A DNA stretch of 64,000 nucleotides, taken from the NCBI GenBank assembly GCA_963770835.1, contig CAVYRH010000004.1:672001-736000 (forward strand). Direction: 5' to 3'. The notes under the pieces were generated by a model. It searched no databases, was not told where the DNA came from, and saw only the letters and a list, made by a program, of their open reading frames with translations. Of this stretch, positions 20,165 through 28,255 are shown piece after piece. The stretch comes from an uncultured Pseudomonadota bacterium. Its GTDB lineage: Bacteria; Oederibacteriota; Muellerivitia; Muellerivitales; Muellerivitaceae. Every line of letters starts with the position of its first letter. The first letter of the stretch is position 1. Both the position numbers and the translations under genes were made by a program.

Positions 20165-20353
20165 TTAACAACTGGGCTTTTTGCCCGCCCGATGCCGCGC
20201 CGCTCCCTCCGTATTCCTTCGCCTGAGCCATTCACCATAGTCGGAAGTGTGGGGGCAACTTTGGCAGGTGGAGTGGATGAAGGTATAAGCCCTTCGCTTC
20301 CACCGGCGATGCTGTTCCTCAAAAAACAACTCCAAAATCCTGGAATCCTTCAT
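20165..20353 (-). CDS. Small basic protein with CxxC (62 aa)
   Basis: AAGGAG RBS, CQSCPH; has its own Crp/Fnr-type site and -10 TATGAT. Confidence 0.55.
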   Translation of the reverse strand: MKDSRILELFFEEQHRRWKRRAYTFIHSTCQSCPHTSDYGEWLRRRNTEGAARHRAGKKPSC

Positions 20354-20420
20354 GATGGACTCCTTTTTTAAAGGACTTTCTTGCCATGATTATCATAAGG
20401 GATTGAAGATTTCGGCCTTT

Positions 20421-20434
20421 ATGACTCTCGTCAT
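20421..20434 (-). promoter_or_regulatory. Crp/Fnr-type site ATGACTCTCGTCAT for the minus-strand small ORF
   Basis: Minus-strand TATGAT at 20397-20392 (23 bp gap). Confidence 0.65.
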
Positions 20435-20507
20435 TCTGCGTTGGCTCAAAATTGGAAATATTTCCTCATGAAAAGGCCATAAAAACGAACTTCCACAAAA
20501 AAGAGGT

Positions 20508-20536
20508 ATGACTTGGATCATTATGACCAAGGTCAT
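20508..20536 (+). promoter_or_regulatory. Tandem Crp/Fnr-type sites ATGACTTGGATCAT and ATGACCAAGGTCAT (probable autoregulation)
   Basis: Two adjacent cores; TACCAT at 20559-20564, 22 bp after the second; upstream of the Crp/Fnr gene. Confidence 0.72.
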
Positions 20537-20642
20537 ACTGCGGGCAAGGGTACCCTCCTACCATGAGTTGGACAGGTTCGAACCGCTCCAAAGGAGCCGC
20601 ACCATGTTTCATATACAACCCGCCGCCGGCAGGAGGCCTTTT

Positions 20643-21302
20643 ATGCCAGCCAAGTCTTTTATCTCCAATCTTGATATCTTCAAAAAGATACCCGCTCCCC
20701 AATTGGCCGAGATTGAAAAAAAGATGGTGGAGAAAAAATACGCCAAGGGCGAATCGCTGTTCCTGGAAGGGGACCCGGCTGAAAACGTTTGGTTCGTCAA
20801 GGAAGGCCACGTGAAGGCCGTCATCCATACCACCGGGGGGAAAGATTTGACCCTGTGCATGGTCGGCGCCAACAGCCTGTTCGGCACCTGTTGTTGTTTT
20901 GGAGGCGGACAATATCCCTGCCATACCGTTGCGGAGACGGAAGTGACGGTGGTTTCCTATCCCATGCAGGAATTTTTGGCCCTCATTGAAAAGTACCCCG
21001 AAATGTCCAAGGTGGTTATCCTCCAGCTTTCCAACCGGCTGCGCCAGTCCAAGGACATGCAGACTTTCGACAAAGAAAGCGTTGAGAAAAGAATCCTGCA
21101 CGTCCTGGTCAATCTCGTATCCGAATTTGGAAACACCATTCCCCTCACCCGCCGGGAGATTTCCGAAATGACTGGCACTACCGTGGAGACCTGTATCCGG
21201 ACTTTTTCAATCCTTGAGAAGGACGGATTGGTTTCCAGCGCAAGGGGGAAGATCACAGTGAAGAACATCCAGGACCTGACAACGCGCCTGGAAGAACTCT
21301 GA
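20643..21302 (+). CDS. Crp/Fnr family transcriptional regulator
   Basis: cNMP-type beta-roll (LFLEGDPAENVWFVKEGHVK), HTH LTRREISEMTGTTVETCIR; AGGAGG RBS (alternative start 20604). Confidence 0.92.
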   Translation: MPAKSFISNLDIFKKIPAPQLAEIEKKMVEKKYAKGESLFLEGDPAENVWFVKEGHVKAVIHTTGGKDLTLCMVGANSLFGTCCCFGGGQYPCHTVAETEVTVVSYPMQEFLALIEKYPEMSKVVILQLSNRLRQSKDMQTFDKESVEKRILHVLVNLVSEFGNTIPLTRREISEMTGTTVETCIRTFSILEKDGLVSSARGKITVKNIQDLTTRLEEL

Positions 21303-21385
21303 CAACCCCGGAATCACTTCGGCGCTAACAAACTAAAATCCCTCAGTAAAACGGAATCCGTCGGTGTTTCAGGAAGGGTTAGGTC

Positions 21386-21604
21386 TTAAAGGATGCCGCG
21401 GAAAACCTCAGAGGGTTTGCAAGCAAGAGCCCGCACGATGTTGAAAATTTTGGTGATGGAGGGGTTCCGAGAGCCTTTTTCAATGTAACTAACATAGACA
21501 GGATGGATTTCGGCATACCCTGCCAATTTCTCTTGGGTCCAACCGCGTCTCTTACGAATAGCCCTGACGTTTTTTCCTAACTTCTTCAAATTAATTTGAT
21601 CCAT
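21386..21604 (-). CDS. XRE-family HTH regulator
   Basis: LGKNVRAIRKRRGWTQEKLA...YVSYIEKGSRNPS. Confidence 0.85.
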   Translation of the reverse strand: MDQINLKKLGKNVRAIRKRRGWTQEKLAGYAEIHPVYVSYIEKGSRNPSITKIFNIVRALACKPSEVFRGIL

Positions 21605-21717
21605 TAGTTCTCTCCAAATTTGAGAACCGTTTCAGGATTTATCCTTTAACGATCCGTTAATTAGCCGTCCGTCAAGTTTGGCTAACTCAAAGTTAAGACA
21701 AGTTGAGGAAAGTCCTT

Positions 21718-21731
21718 ATGATTTGGGTCAT
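21718..21731 (-). promoter_or_regulatory. Crp/Fnr-type site ATGATTTGGGTCAT upstream of the XRE gene
   Basis: Minus-strand TAACTT at 21695-21690 (22 bp gap). Confidence 0.6.
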
Positions 21732-21849
21732 AGTGGCGCCGCGGAAGAATTAATTTAGAAGGAAAGAAAAAGGGAAACCATTCCGGCTGGAACGAAATTT
21801 TATTCCTAAACAAGTCCCAGATTAAAATTTAAGATGGATCAGAGTAATT

Positions 21850-22055
21850 TCAGCTTAATCGACCGGTTTGATAATCGGAAAAGGCTTGTTTCAGTTCGCC
21901 AAGCGTATTCATGACAAAAGGGCCGCCCCGGACAACGGGCTCATTCAATTTTGGGCCGACGCGAAAAGAAGATGGACTGGTTTTTCGCCCCCGGGCTGCA
22001 AACGAACGGAGTCGCCATCCCCAAAAACACCAAGGTGGCCCCCGGCAACGTCAGT
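21850..22055 (-). pseudogene. Pirin C-terminal remnant (frameshifted, 5' part missing)
   Basis: Minus strand reads GHLGVFGDGDSVRL...VHLLFASAQ, then a frameshift into LNEPVVRGGPFVMNTLGELKQAFSDYQTGRLS*, the typical pirin C-terminus. Confidence 0.75.
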
Positions 22056-22507
22056 TGGGAGGGGTCGGAATCCTCCTTAATTTAATTCGGAATTTCCATA
22101 GAAAATCAACAAAGTGATCGCGCCAATGGCGCTTGCAATAAGAGCGAGATTATTTTGGAATTTAGGACAGAAAAACAACAGAAAATTATTTTTTGATAAA
22201 AAATAAAATTAATTAGAATTTTGGCAACAATAATCTATTTAACTGGGGGTTTAACAGCCCTAAAGGCCTATTTCGTCATTGTTTTACCCTTTAATTGTTT
22301 CTAAATTATTAAAGCAAAACTGATTTTAGTCATCTTTCGTTTGTTGTCTTCGGTTTAAGGTTAATCAGTTAACAAAATCGGGGCCGACATGTTCATTTCA
22401 ATAGATGAAGATATATTCTTTGTGCACGGAAAAAGCCAGGACGTTAAATTCTCTATCATCATTTTTTGCCCAAATTGTTGCAGAATCGATTCCAAGGGGT
22501 GGTTGCC

Positions 22508-23728
22508 ATGAGAAGAGTGGCTGTTACAGGCTTGGGAGTCATCTCCCCACTTGGAGGGGACGTTGAAACGACCTGGAAAGCCATGGTGGAGGGAAAAATC
22601 GGGGTGGAAAAACTCCGACTCATCGATCCAACCCCTTACCGGGTGAAAGTCGGGGGGGAAATCAAGGATCGCAGCCGGATCGAGGTTTTTGAAAGAGAGC
22701 ATGCCGGCAAGTATGAACGGTCGGCTGTTCTCTCCATCCTGGCGACGCAAGAAGCACTGGCTAAGGGAGGTTTGGCGCCCGCCGACCTGGAAAGCCAACG
22801 GTTAGGCAGCTTTTTTGGAACCACCATGGGGGAAGTCCAACTAGCCGAACGATTGTCCGCCGGCCAGGTTCAAAGCCCACCCGCGAAAATCGATCCCGGT
22901 AGTTTCCACAAAGTCCAGGGATCCCACATCGCTTTCTCCGTTTTGGATTACTTGGGCCTCGCGGGTCAAACCATGGTTTTCTGCAACGCCTGTGCCTCAG
23001 GCAATTACGCCATCGGGTGGGGTTTCGATCAGATCCGGCAAGGCTATTTGGACGTCGCTATTTGCGGCGGGGTCGATGCCTTCTCACGAGTGGCCTTCAC
23101 GGGTTTTAACCGGCTGCTTTCCTTGACACCGGACAAATGTAAGCCTTTTTCCGCCAACCGAAAGGGGCTGGCAGTTAGCGAGGGCGTGGGTGTCCTTTTA
23201 TTGGAGGATTTTGAAAAGGCCGAGGCGCGGGGCGTCCATGTTTACTGCGAGATCGCCGGTTACGGCCTTGGAATGGACGCTTTCCACATGACTTCTCCCC
23301 ATCCAGAGGGCATGGGTGCCTTTGAAAGCATCCAACGGGCCATGGCCCAGGCCAATATCAATCCCCAGGAAGTGGATTTCATTTCCGCCCACGGCACGGG
23401 AACCCCCGCCAACGATAAAACCGAATCCATCGCCATCAAAAAAATTTTCGGCCCAGACTGCCGGATCCCTGTTGATTCTATTAAGTCCATGATCGGCCAT
23501 ACCATGGGAGCCGCCAGCGCCATTGAGGCGGCCATGACCTCTCTTACCCTCGACCGCGGAATCCTTCTGCCAACCATGAACTGGGAGGTCGCCGATGAAA
23601 ATTGCATCGCTGATTGCGTGCCGAACCAGTCCCGGCCGTTCAAAGGGCATTTGGCCCTGTCCAATTCATTTGCTTTCGGCGGAAACACGTCCTGCCTGGT
23701 AATGACCAAGAAGGAAGAAACCCCATGA
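22508..23728 (+). CDS. Beta-ketoacyl-ACP synthase (FabF-like KS)
   Basis: RRVAVTGLG, NACASG (Cys), AHGTGT and GHTMG (His-His), SNSFAFGG. Confidence 0.92.
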   Translation: MRRVAVTGLGVISPLGGDVETTWKAMVEGKIGVEKLRLIDPTPYRVKVGGEIKDRSRIEVFEREHAGKYERSAVLSILATQEALAKGGLAPADLESQRLGSFFGTTMGEVQLAERLSAGQVQSPPAKIDPGSFHKVQGSHIAFSVLDYLGLAGQTMVFCNACASGNYAIGWGFDQIRQGYLDVAICGGVDAFSRVAFTGFNRLLSLTPDKCKPFSANRKGLAVSEGVGVLLLEDFEKAEARGVHVYCEIAGYGLGMDAFHMTSPHPEGMGAFESIQRAMAQANINPQEVDFISAHGTGTPANDKTESIAIKKIFGPDCRIPVDSIKSMIGHTMGAASAIEAAMTSLTLDRGILLPTMNWEVADENCIADCVPNQSRPFKGHLALSNSFAFGGNTSCLVMTKKEETP

Positions 23729-24624
23729 GGCCCCTATTCCTCCTGCGAAAGGGAGAAGCCCTTCTGGGCCGGGACGGATTGACCCTGGATGTGCTGTCGG
23801 CGGAATTCAAAAAAACCTTCCCGCAGGAAGACCCACGGTACATCGACAACGTTTCCAAACTAGCCGGGATCGCGGCGAGCCGGGCTTGGGAAGGTGGGGA
23901 CGAAGGGCTTAGCGGTGAATTCCGGAAGGATTTCGCAGTTATCGTGGGAAGCGCTTTTGGGGCTATCGACAGCACGGTGGATTTCGACGCTCTGGCCCTC
24001 CAAAAAGGCCCCAATGCGGTGAATCCCATGGATTTTCCCAATACGGTCGCGAACGCAGCGGGAAGCCGGATCGGGATATGGATGCAGCTCAAAGGGCCCA
24101 ACGTGACCCTGACCAATGGAAGCACATCGTTCCTGGACGCAATCGGGTTCGGGCTCCAAGGATACAACAACGGACTTTTCCAGTATTGTTTAGTGGGAGC
24201 TGTAGATAAAATGCCGACTTTTCTCAAGCCTTTGGCGATTCGGGATTCCAAACTTCCCGAATTCTTGGAAGGGTCCTGTTTTTTCCTAGCCTCGGGTTCG
24301 GCGGAAGGGGAGACCCTGGGCCAAGTCACCGACTATTTCACACTCCAATTGAAGGCCGACCTCAGTCTTCCGCCAGCTTTTCTCCATCATTTTGAGGAAC
24401 TCGGGGAAGGGGTAGAATGGCTAGGTTGTCCGGAGGGAACTCCGCTGGAATCCCATTTTCCTCAAAGAGTTATTCGTCACTTTCTGCCTTCGTCGTTCAT
24501 GGAATTGGGATTGGGGGGCATGCAGTCCTTGAATACTTTTCTTAAATCCTCTTCTTCCTGTGGGGTGATTGCTGCTTTTTCAAAACCAGAAAGAAAAATG
24601 TCTTTCGTTAAAATTAAAAAATAA
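23725..24624 (+). CDS. Truncated non-catalytic KS / chain-length-factor-like protein
   Basis: VNPMDFPNTVANAAGS, KGPNVTL; the catalytic Cys position reads NGSTS; ATGA overlap with KS. Confidence 0.8.
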   Translation: MRPLFLLRKGEALLGRDGLTLDVLSAEFKKTFPQEDPRYIDNVSKLAGIAASRAWEGGDEGLSGEFRKDFAVIVGSAFGAIDSTVDFDALALQKGPNAVNPMDFPNTVANAAGSRIGIWMQLKGPNVTLTNGSTSFLDAIGFGLQGYNNGLFQYCLVGAVDKMPTFLKPLAIRDSKLPEFLEGSCFFLASGSAEGETLGQVTDYFTLQLKADLSLPPAFLHHFEELGEGVEWLGCPEGTPLESHFPQRVIRHFLPSSFMELGLGGMQSLNTFLKSSSSCGVIAAFSKPERKMSFVKIKK

Positions 24625-24640
24625 AAAGGAGTCTTTGAAA

Positions 24641-24886
24641 ATGGAAACCATCGAAATCAAATCAAAAATCAAGGAAATCATTGGAGAAATGTTCGAGGTC
24701 AAGCCGGTGGATATTCGAGATGACAATCCTTTCAACCAAATGGCCAATTACAATTCCATGCGAGCCTTGGAATTCTTAGCGAAACTGGAAACAGAATTCA
24801 ACATCCTCATTGACCCGGATATGTTACCGAAGATGGTGTCGGTGGGAAAATCTACTCAGGTCGTCGAGGAACTTCTACGTGGCTAG
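24641..24886 (+). CDS. Acyl carrier protein
   Basis: 81 aa, acidic, NSMRALE in place of the DSL phosphopantetheine motif, E.EF.I; AAGGAG RBS. Confidence 0.8.
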   Translation: METIEIKSKIKEIIGEMFEVKPVDIRDDNPFNQMANYNSMRALEFLAKLETEFNILIDPDMLPKMVSVGKSTQVVEELLRG

Positions 24887-25328
24887 TTCTTCTCCCGCGC
24901 CCGAAGTCCCGGTTTTAGACTTCTTAAAACAGCGGTTCCCCATCCTCATGGTGGATCGAGTCTTGTCCTATGAGAAGGGCCGGAAGATTCAGACCTTGAA
25001 AAACATTTCGGCAGATGAAATCCATTTCCAGGGGCATTTTCCAGGCTATCCTGTGTTTCCAGGAGTTTTAACCATCGAATGTTTTGCTCAAACGGCGGCT
25101 ATTTTAATCCGTATGATTGACGGAGAATCACCCGGCGTGTTCGACGTGATCGGCTCGGTGATGGATTTCCGGTTTCTTCGACCACTTTTTCCCGGGGACC
25201 GGCTGGAAGTCTGGATGGAAATCACCAAGGCCGCCGGGACCAACCGTATCATCGAAGGAAAAGGTTTTGTGGGTGAAGAGATGGTGGCCTCCGGTAAATT
25301 CACATTTGGAAAGTTGGCGTTGCCATGA
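24879..25328 (+). CDS. 3-hydroxyacyl-ACP dehydratase (FabZ-like)
   Basis: RFPILMVDRV, FQGHFPGYPVFPGVLTIE. Confidence 0.9.
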   Translation: MASSSPAPEVPVLDFLKQRFPILMVDRVLSYEKGRKIQTLKNISADEIHFQGHFPGYPVFPGVLTIECFAQTAAILIRMIDGESPGVFDVIGSVMDFRFLRPLFPGDRLEVWMEITKAAGTNRIIEGKGFVGEEMVASGKFTFGKLALP

Positions 25329-26044
25329 AAAAAGTCGTCGTCTCCGGGGGCTCTTCTGGAATCGGCAAAAGTCTGGTGACAATCTTCGCGGAGGCCGGGT
25401 GGAAGGTCCATTTTACCTTCCATTCCAACGAATCCGCGGCGCGGGAGATCGAAAAGAGTTTTGAGGGAAAGGCTAAGGCCCACCAGCTGGACGTCGGCGA
25501 TCGGGAGGCTTGCGACGTATTCTGCAAGGAAGTTCTGGGCGAGGAAAAAAGCATCGACGTTCTTATAAATAATGCCGGCATTACCAGGGACAAGCCGCTG
25601 TTTTCCATGCAAGATTCAGACTGGTCCGACGTGCTCCAAACGAATCTTTCGGGGGTTTTCCATCTCACCCGGCGGTTCGCCCTGGATATGTTGAAAAAGA
25701 AGAAAGGGCGCATTATCAATATCTCCTCCATCTCCGGTATCCATGGACTCCCGGGTCAAACCAATTACTCCGCCTCCAAAGCCGGAATCATTGGTTTTAC
25801 CAAAGCCCTCGCTAAGGAAACGGGGCCCTTCGGCGTAACAGCCAACGTTGTTGCGCCTGGCGGGGTTATGACGCCCATGATTGAGATACTGGCACCGCAA
25901 GCCAGGGAAGTCCTCCTGCGAACCGTTCCCGTGCACCGCTTTTGCGAACCTCGCGAAGTGGCTCAGGTTGTTTTTTTTCTAGCTGAGGGGGCCCCGGATT
26001 ATTTAAACGGAAGTGTTATTGTCCTCGACGGTGGGGCAGGTTGA
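25325..26044 (+). CDS. 3-oxoacyl-ACP reductase (FabG-like SDR)
   Basis: SGGSSGIG, NNAGITRD, NYSASKAG. Confidence 0.9.
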   Translation: MKKVVVSGGSSGIGKSLVTIFAEAGWKVHFTFHSNESAAREIEKSFEGKAKAHQLDVGDREACDVFCKEVLGEEKSIDVLINNAGITRDKPLFSMQDSDWSDVLQTNLSGVFHLTRRFALDMLKKKKGRIINISSISGIHGLPGQTNYSASKAGIIGFTKALAKETGPFGVTANVVAPGGVMTPMIEILAPQAREVLLRTVPVHRFCEPREVAQVVFFLAEGAPDYLNGSVIVLDGGAG

Positions 26045-26859
26045 GGATGGGAAAAAACAGAAAGACTTGGCCATGGAAAGCGGGAGAAGGATTTGGACGG
26101 TTGGAACCGGATGAAATCCACATCCACCTTCTTCGAGCCGGATGCGGGAATTCGCGGTCTTTAGTTAAGGCCCTCCTTTCTTTTTTGCCGGCCGCGGAAC
26201 GATGGCGTTACGCGCAGTTTGACTTTGAAGACCAACGGCGGCAGTTTTTGTGGTCCCGGTTATTGGCGCGCCTTGTTTTGTCTTCTTCTTTGGACAAGGA
26301 TATGCGGGATATAACCTTTAGCCATTTGGACAACGGGAAGCCCTTCCTGGAAGATTCGGAAGTCCAATTCAACCTTTCCCATACGGAAGGTCTTATCGCC
26401 TGTTCCGTGGCCCGGCGGAGATTGGGGATCGACGTCGAAAAGATGGCAGGAGGGGAGAAAGAAGAAAAGCGTTGGAACCTTTTGGCCGAACGTTATTTTT
26501 CAGAGGCCGAAAGGGAATTCCTCTTTTCGCGGGATCAAGCTTCGCAATCAGACGCTTTTTTCCGGATTTTTACAATGAAGGAGGCCAGGGTCAAGGCAAG
26601 TGGGGAGGGTTTATCCCTTCTCCGCGCGGATCTTTCAGTCCCTTTACCAACACGGGAAAAATCGGCTGTTGACTCTTGGGAATACCTCACGAAACGCCTA
26701 GAACCGGGCGACATCTTTTTGGCCCATGCCGTGGAAAACCCGAACCTGACGCCGTTGGACTATCGGTTTTGGGAATGGGACGAAGTTTCCCTGGGAAACT
26801 TTTTAAACAATCGAATTTCGGGTCCATTTGAAGGAATTCATGGCAATCTCTACAGGTAA
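26041..26859 (+). CDS. Sfp-type 4'-phosphopantetheinyl transferase
   Basis: NGKP, FNLSHT, LGIDVE, FTMKEARVKA. Confidence 0.88.
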   Translation: MRMGKNRKTWPWKAGEGFGRLEPDEIHIHLLRAGCGNSRSLVKALLSFLPAAERWRYAQFDFEDQRRQFLWSRLLARLVLSSSLDKDMRDITFSHLDNGKPFLEDSEVQFNLSHTEGLIACSVARRRLGIDVEKMAGGEKEEKRWNLLAERYFSEAEREFLFSRDQASQSDAFFRIFTMKEARVKASGEGLSLLRADLSVPLPTREKSAVDSWEYLTKRLEPGDIFLAHAVENPNLTPLDYRFWEWDEVSLGNFLNNRISGPFEGIHGNLYR

Positions 26860-28255
26860 AGATACTTTTATCCTCTGTCGTAACAGCCAAGGCACGGAGT
26901 TCCGCGCCACGCTTCTTCGATTGACGCGGTACACGGTAGTTTTCGAGGTTTACAACCCCTACAGCATTCTCCAGCTGTCCGAGGTTTTAACCGACTTCCG
27001 CATGATTATGAACGACCGCATGGTTTATTCCGGACGGGCTGTCGTCAGTAACCTCGTTAACACCGGTATATTATTGGTTTGCGAATGCACTTTGGAGGAC
27101 AGCTGGCTGGACGTAGATTTATTTACTTCCATCCACCAAAAAGACAAACTTAAGAACGAATTCGTAGAATTTTTAAAGGAATGGGATAAGATCCATTTCG
27201 TGACCGACAAGTTCAAGGTGGTTACGGCGGATATGCAAACCTTCCTCATGGACATGCGGCGCTGGCTGGAACAAGTGGAACTCAGTATCCGATCCGAACC
27301 CTCGGGCGACCGGAATGAAATCGAACGAGACGCCATTCAGGAATTGAAAAATCCCGTTACGCCGGCTGTGAGTTCCTTGTTCGAGCGGTTCGAGGAAATA
27401 TCCATCCATGTGCCAGACGATTTGCAATCAATCCATCGCAACTACAGCCGGCGGCAGATACATCCCATTATTCTTTGTTCGCCATTCGTTTACCGTAGTT
27501 TCCAAAAGCCATTGGGATACGCCGGGGATTATGAAATGGTGAACATGATGCTGGGGGACCCATTGCAGGGAGGCTCCCTCTTCGCCAAGATTGTCAATTT
27601 TTGGTTTGTCAACGCCCCGCCTTGCGAGGCTCACCGTAACCGCATTAAGCACTTGGTAGGAAGGCTGGTGGAGGAAACCGAAAGAGTGGCCAGGGATAAA
27701 AAAATTGCCCGCGTTTTAGACATGGCCTGTGGGCCAGCCCGGGAAGTTCAGGAATTCCTGACCCACGAGGAGATTTGCAACAAAGCCCAATTTGAATTAT
27801 TGGATTTCAACGATGAAACGCTGGAATTCACCGGAAAGACGCTGGAAGATTTAAAAAAACGACACCACCGGATTACTCCGATCTTCATGAACAAAAAATC
27901 AGTTAATCACATCCTCAAGGAAACATTTAAGCCATCGAACCCCTTGCCGGAAGACGCTTATGATTTTATTTACTGTGCTGGCCTGTTTGACTACTTGGAA
28001 GACCGTATTTGCAAGAAACTCATGGATTATTTTTACGAGCGTTTGGCGCCGGGAGGGCTTTTGCTGGCCACCAACGTGACCCCTTCCAACCCTTTCAAGA
28101 ATGTCATGGAAAGCTTCATGGAATGGCATTTGATCTACCGGAATGAACAGCAGATGACAGTTATTCAGCCCCAAGCTGCGCCGGAGGAGGCCTGTACAAT
28201 TCGGACCGAAGTCACAGGCATTAATGTTTTTCTTGAGGTGCGGAAACCCAAATGA
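26840..28255 (+). CDS. PhcB-like SAM-dependent methyltransferase (acyl methyl ester signal synthase family)
   Basis: 471 aa; KPLGYAGDYEMVNMM, AHRNRI, VLDMACGPA, YCAGLFDYL, EWHLIYR; directly followed by kinase and receiver genes as in phcBSR. Confidence 0.72.
   Translation: MAISTGKDTFILCRNSQGTEFRATLLRLTRYTVVFEVYNPYSILQLSEVLTDFRMIMNDRMVYSGRAVVSNLVNTGILLVCECTLEDSWLDVDLFTSIHQKDKLKNEFVEFLKEWDKIHFVTDKFKVVTADMQTFLMDMRRWLEQVELSIRSEPSGDRNEIERDAIQELKNPVTPAVSSLFERFEEISIHVPDDLQSIHRNYSRRQIHPIILCSPFVYRSFQKPLGYAGDYEMVNMMLGDPLQGGSLFAKIVNFWFVNAPPCEAHRNRIKHLVGRLVEETERVARDKKIARVLDMACGPAREVQEFLTHEEICNKAQFELLDFNDETLEFTGKTLEDLKKRHHRITPIFMNKKSVNHILKETFKPSNPLPEDAYDFIYCAGLFDYLEDRICKKLMDYFYERLAPGGLLLATNVTPSNPFKNVMESFMEWHLIYRNEQQMTVIQPQAAPEEACTIRTEVTGINVFLEVRKPK

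Noticed and set aside
21868..22117. Plus-strand 68-70 aa ORFs
   Set aside because: Better explained as the antisense of the pirin remnant.
22508..26044. Primary fatty-acid synthesis operon or aryl polyene cluster
   Set aside because: No fabD, fabH, plsX or enoyl reductase; the ACP is atypical and a CLF-like gene is present. The acyl-CoA ligase, glycosyltransferase and transport genes typical of aryl polyene clusters are absent.
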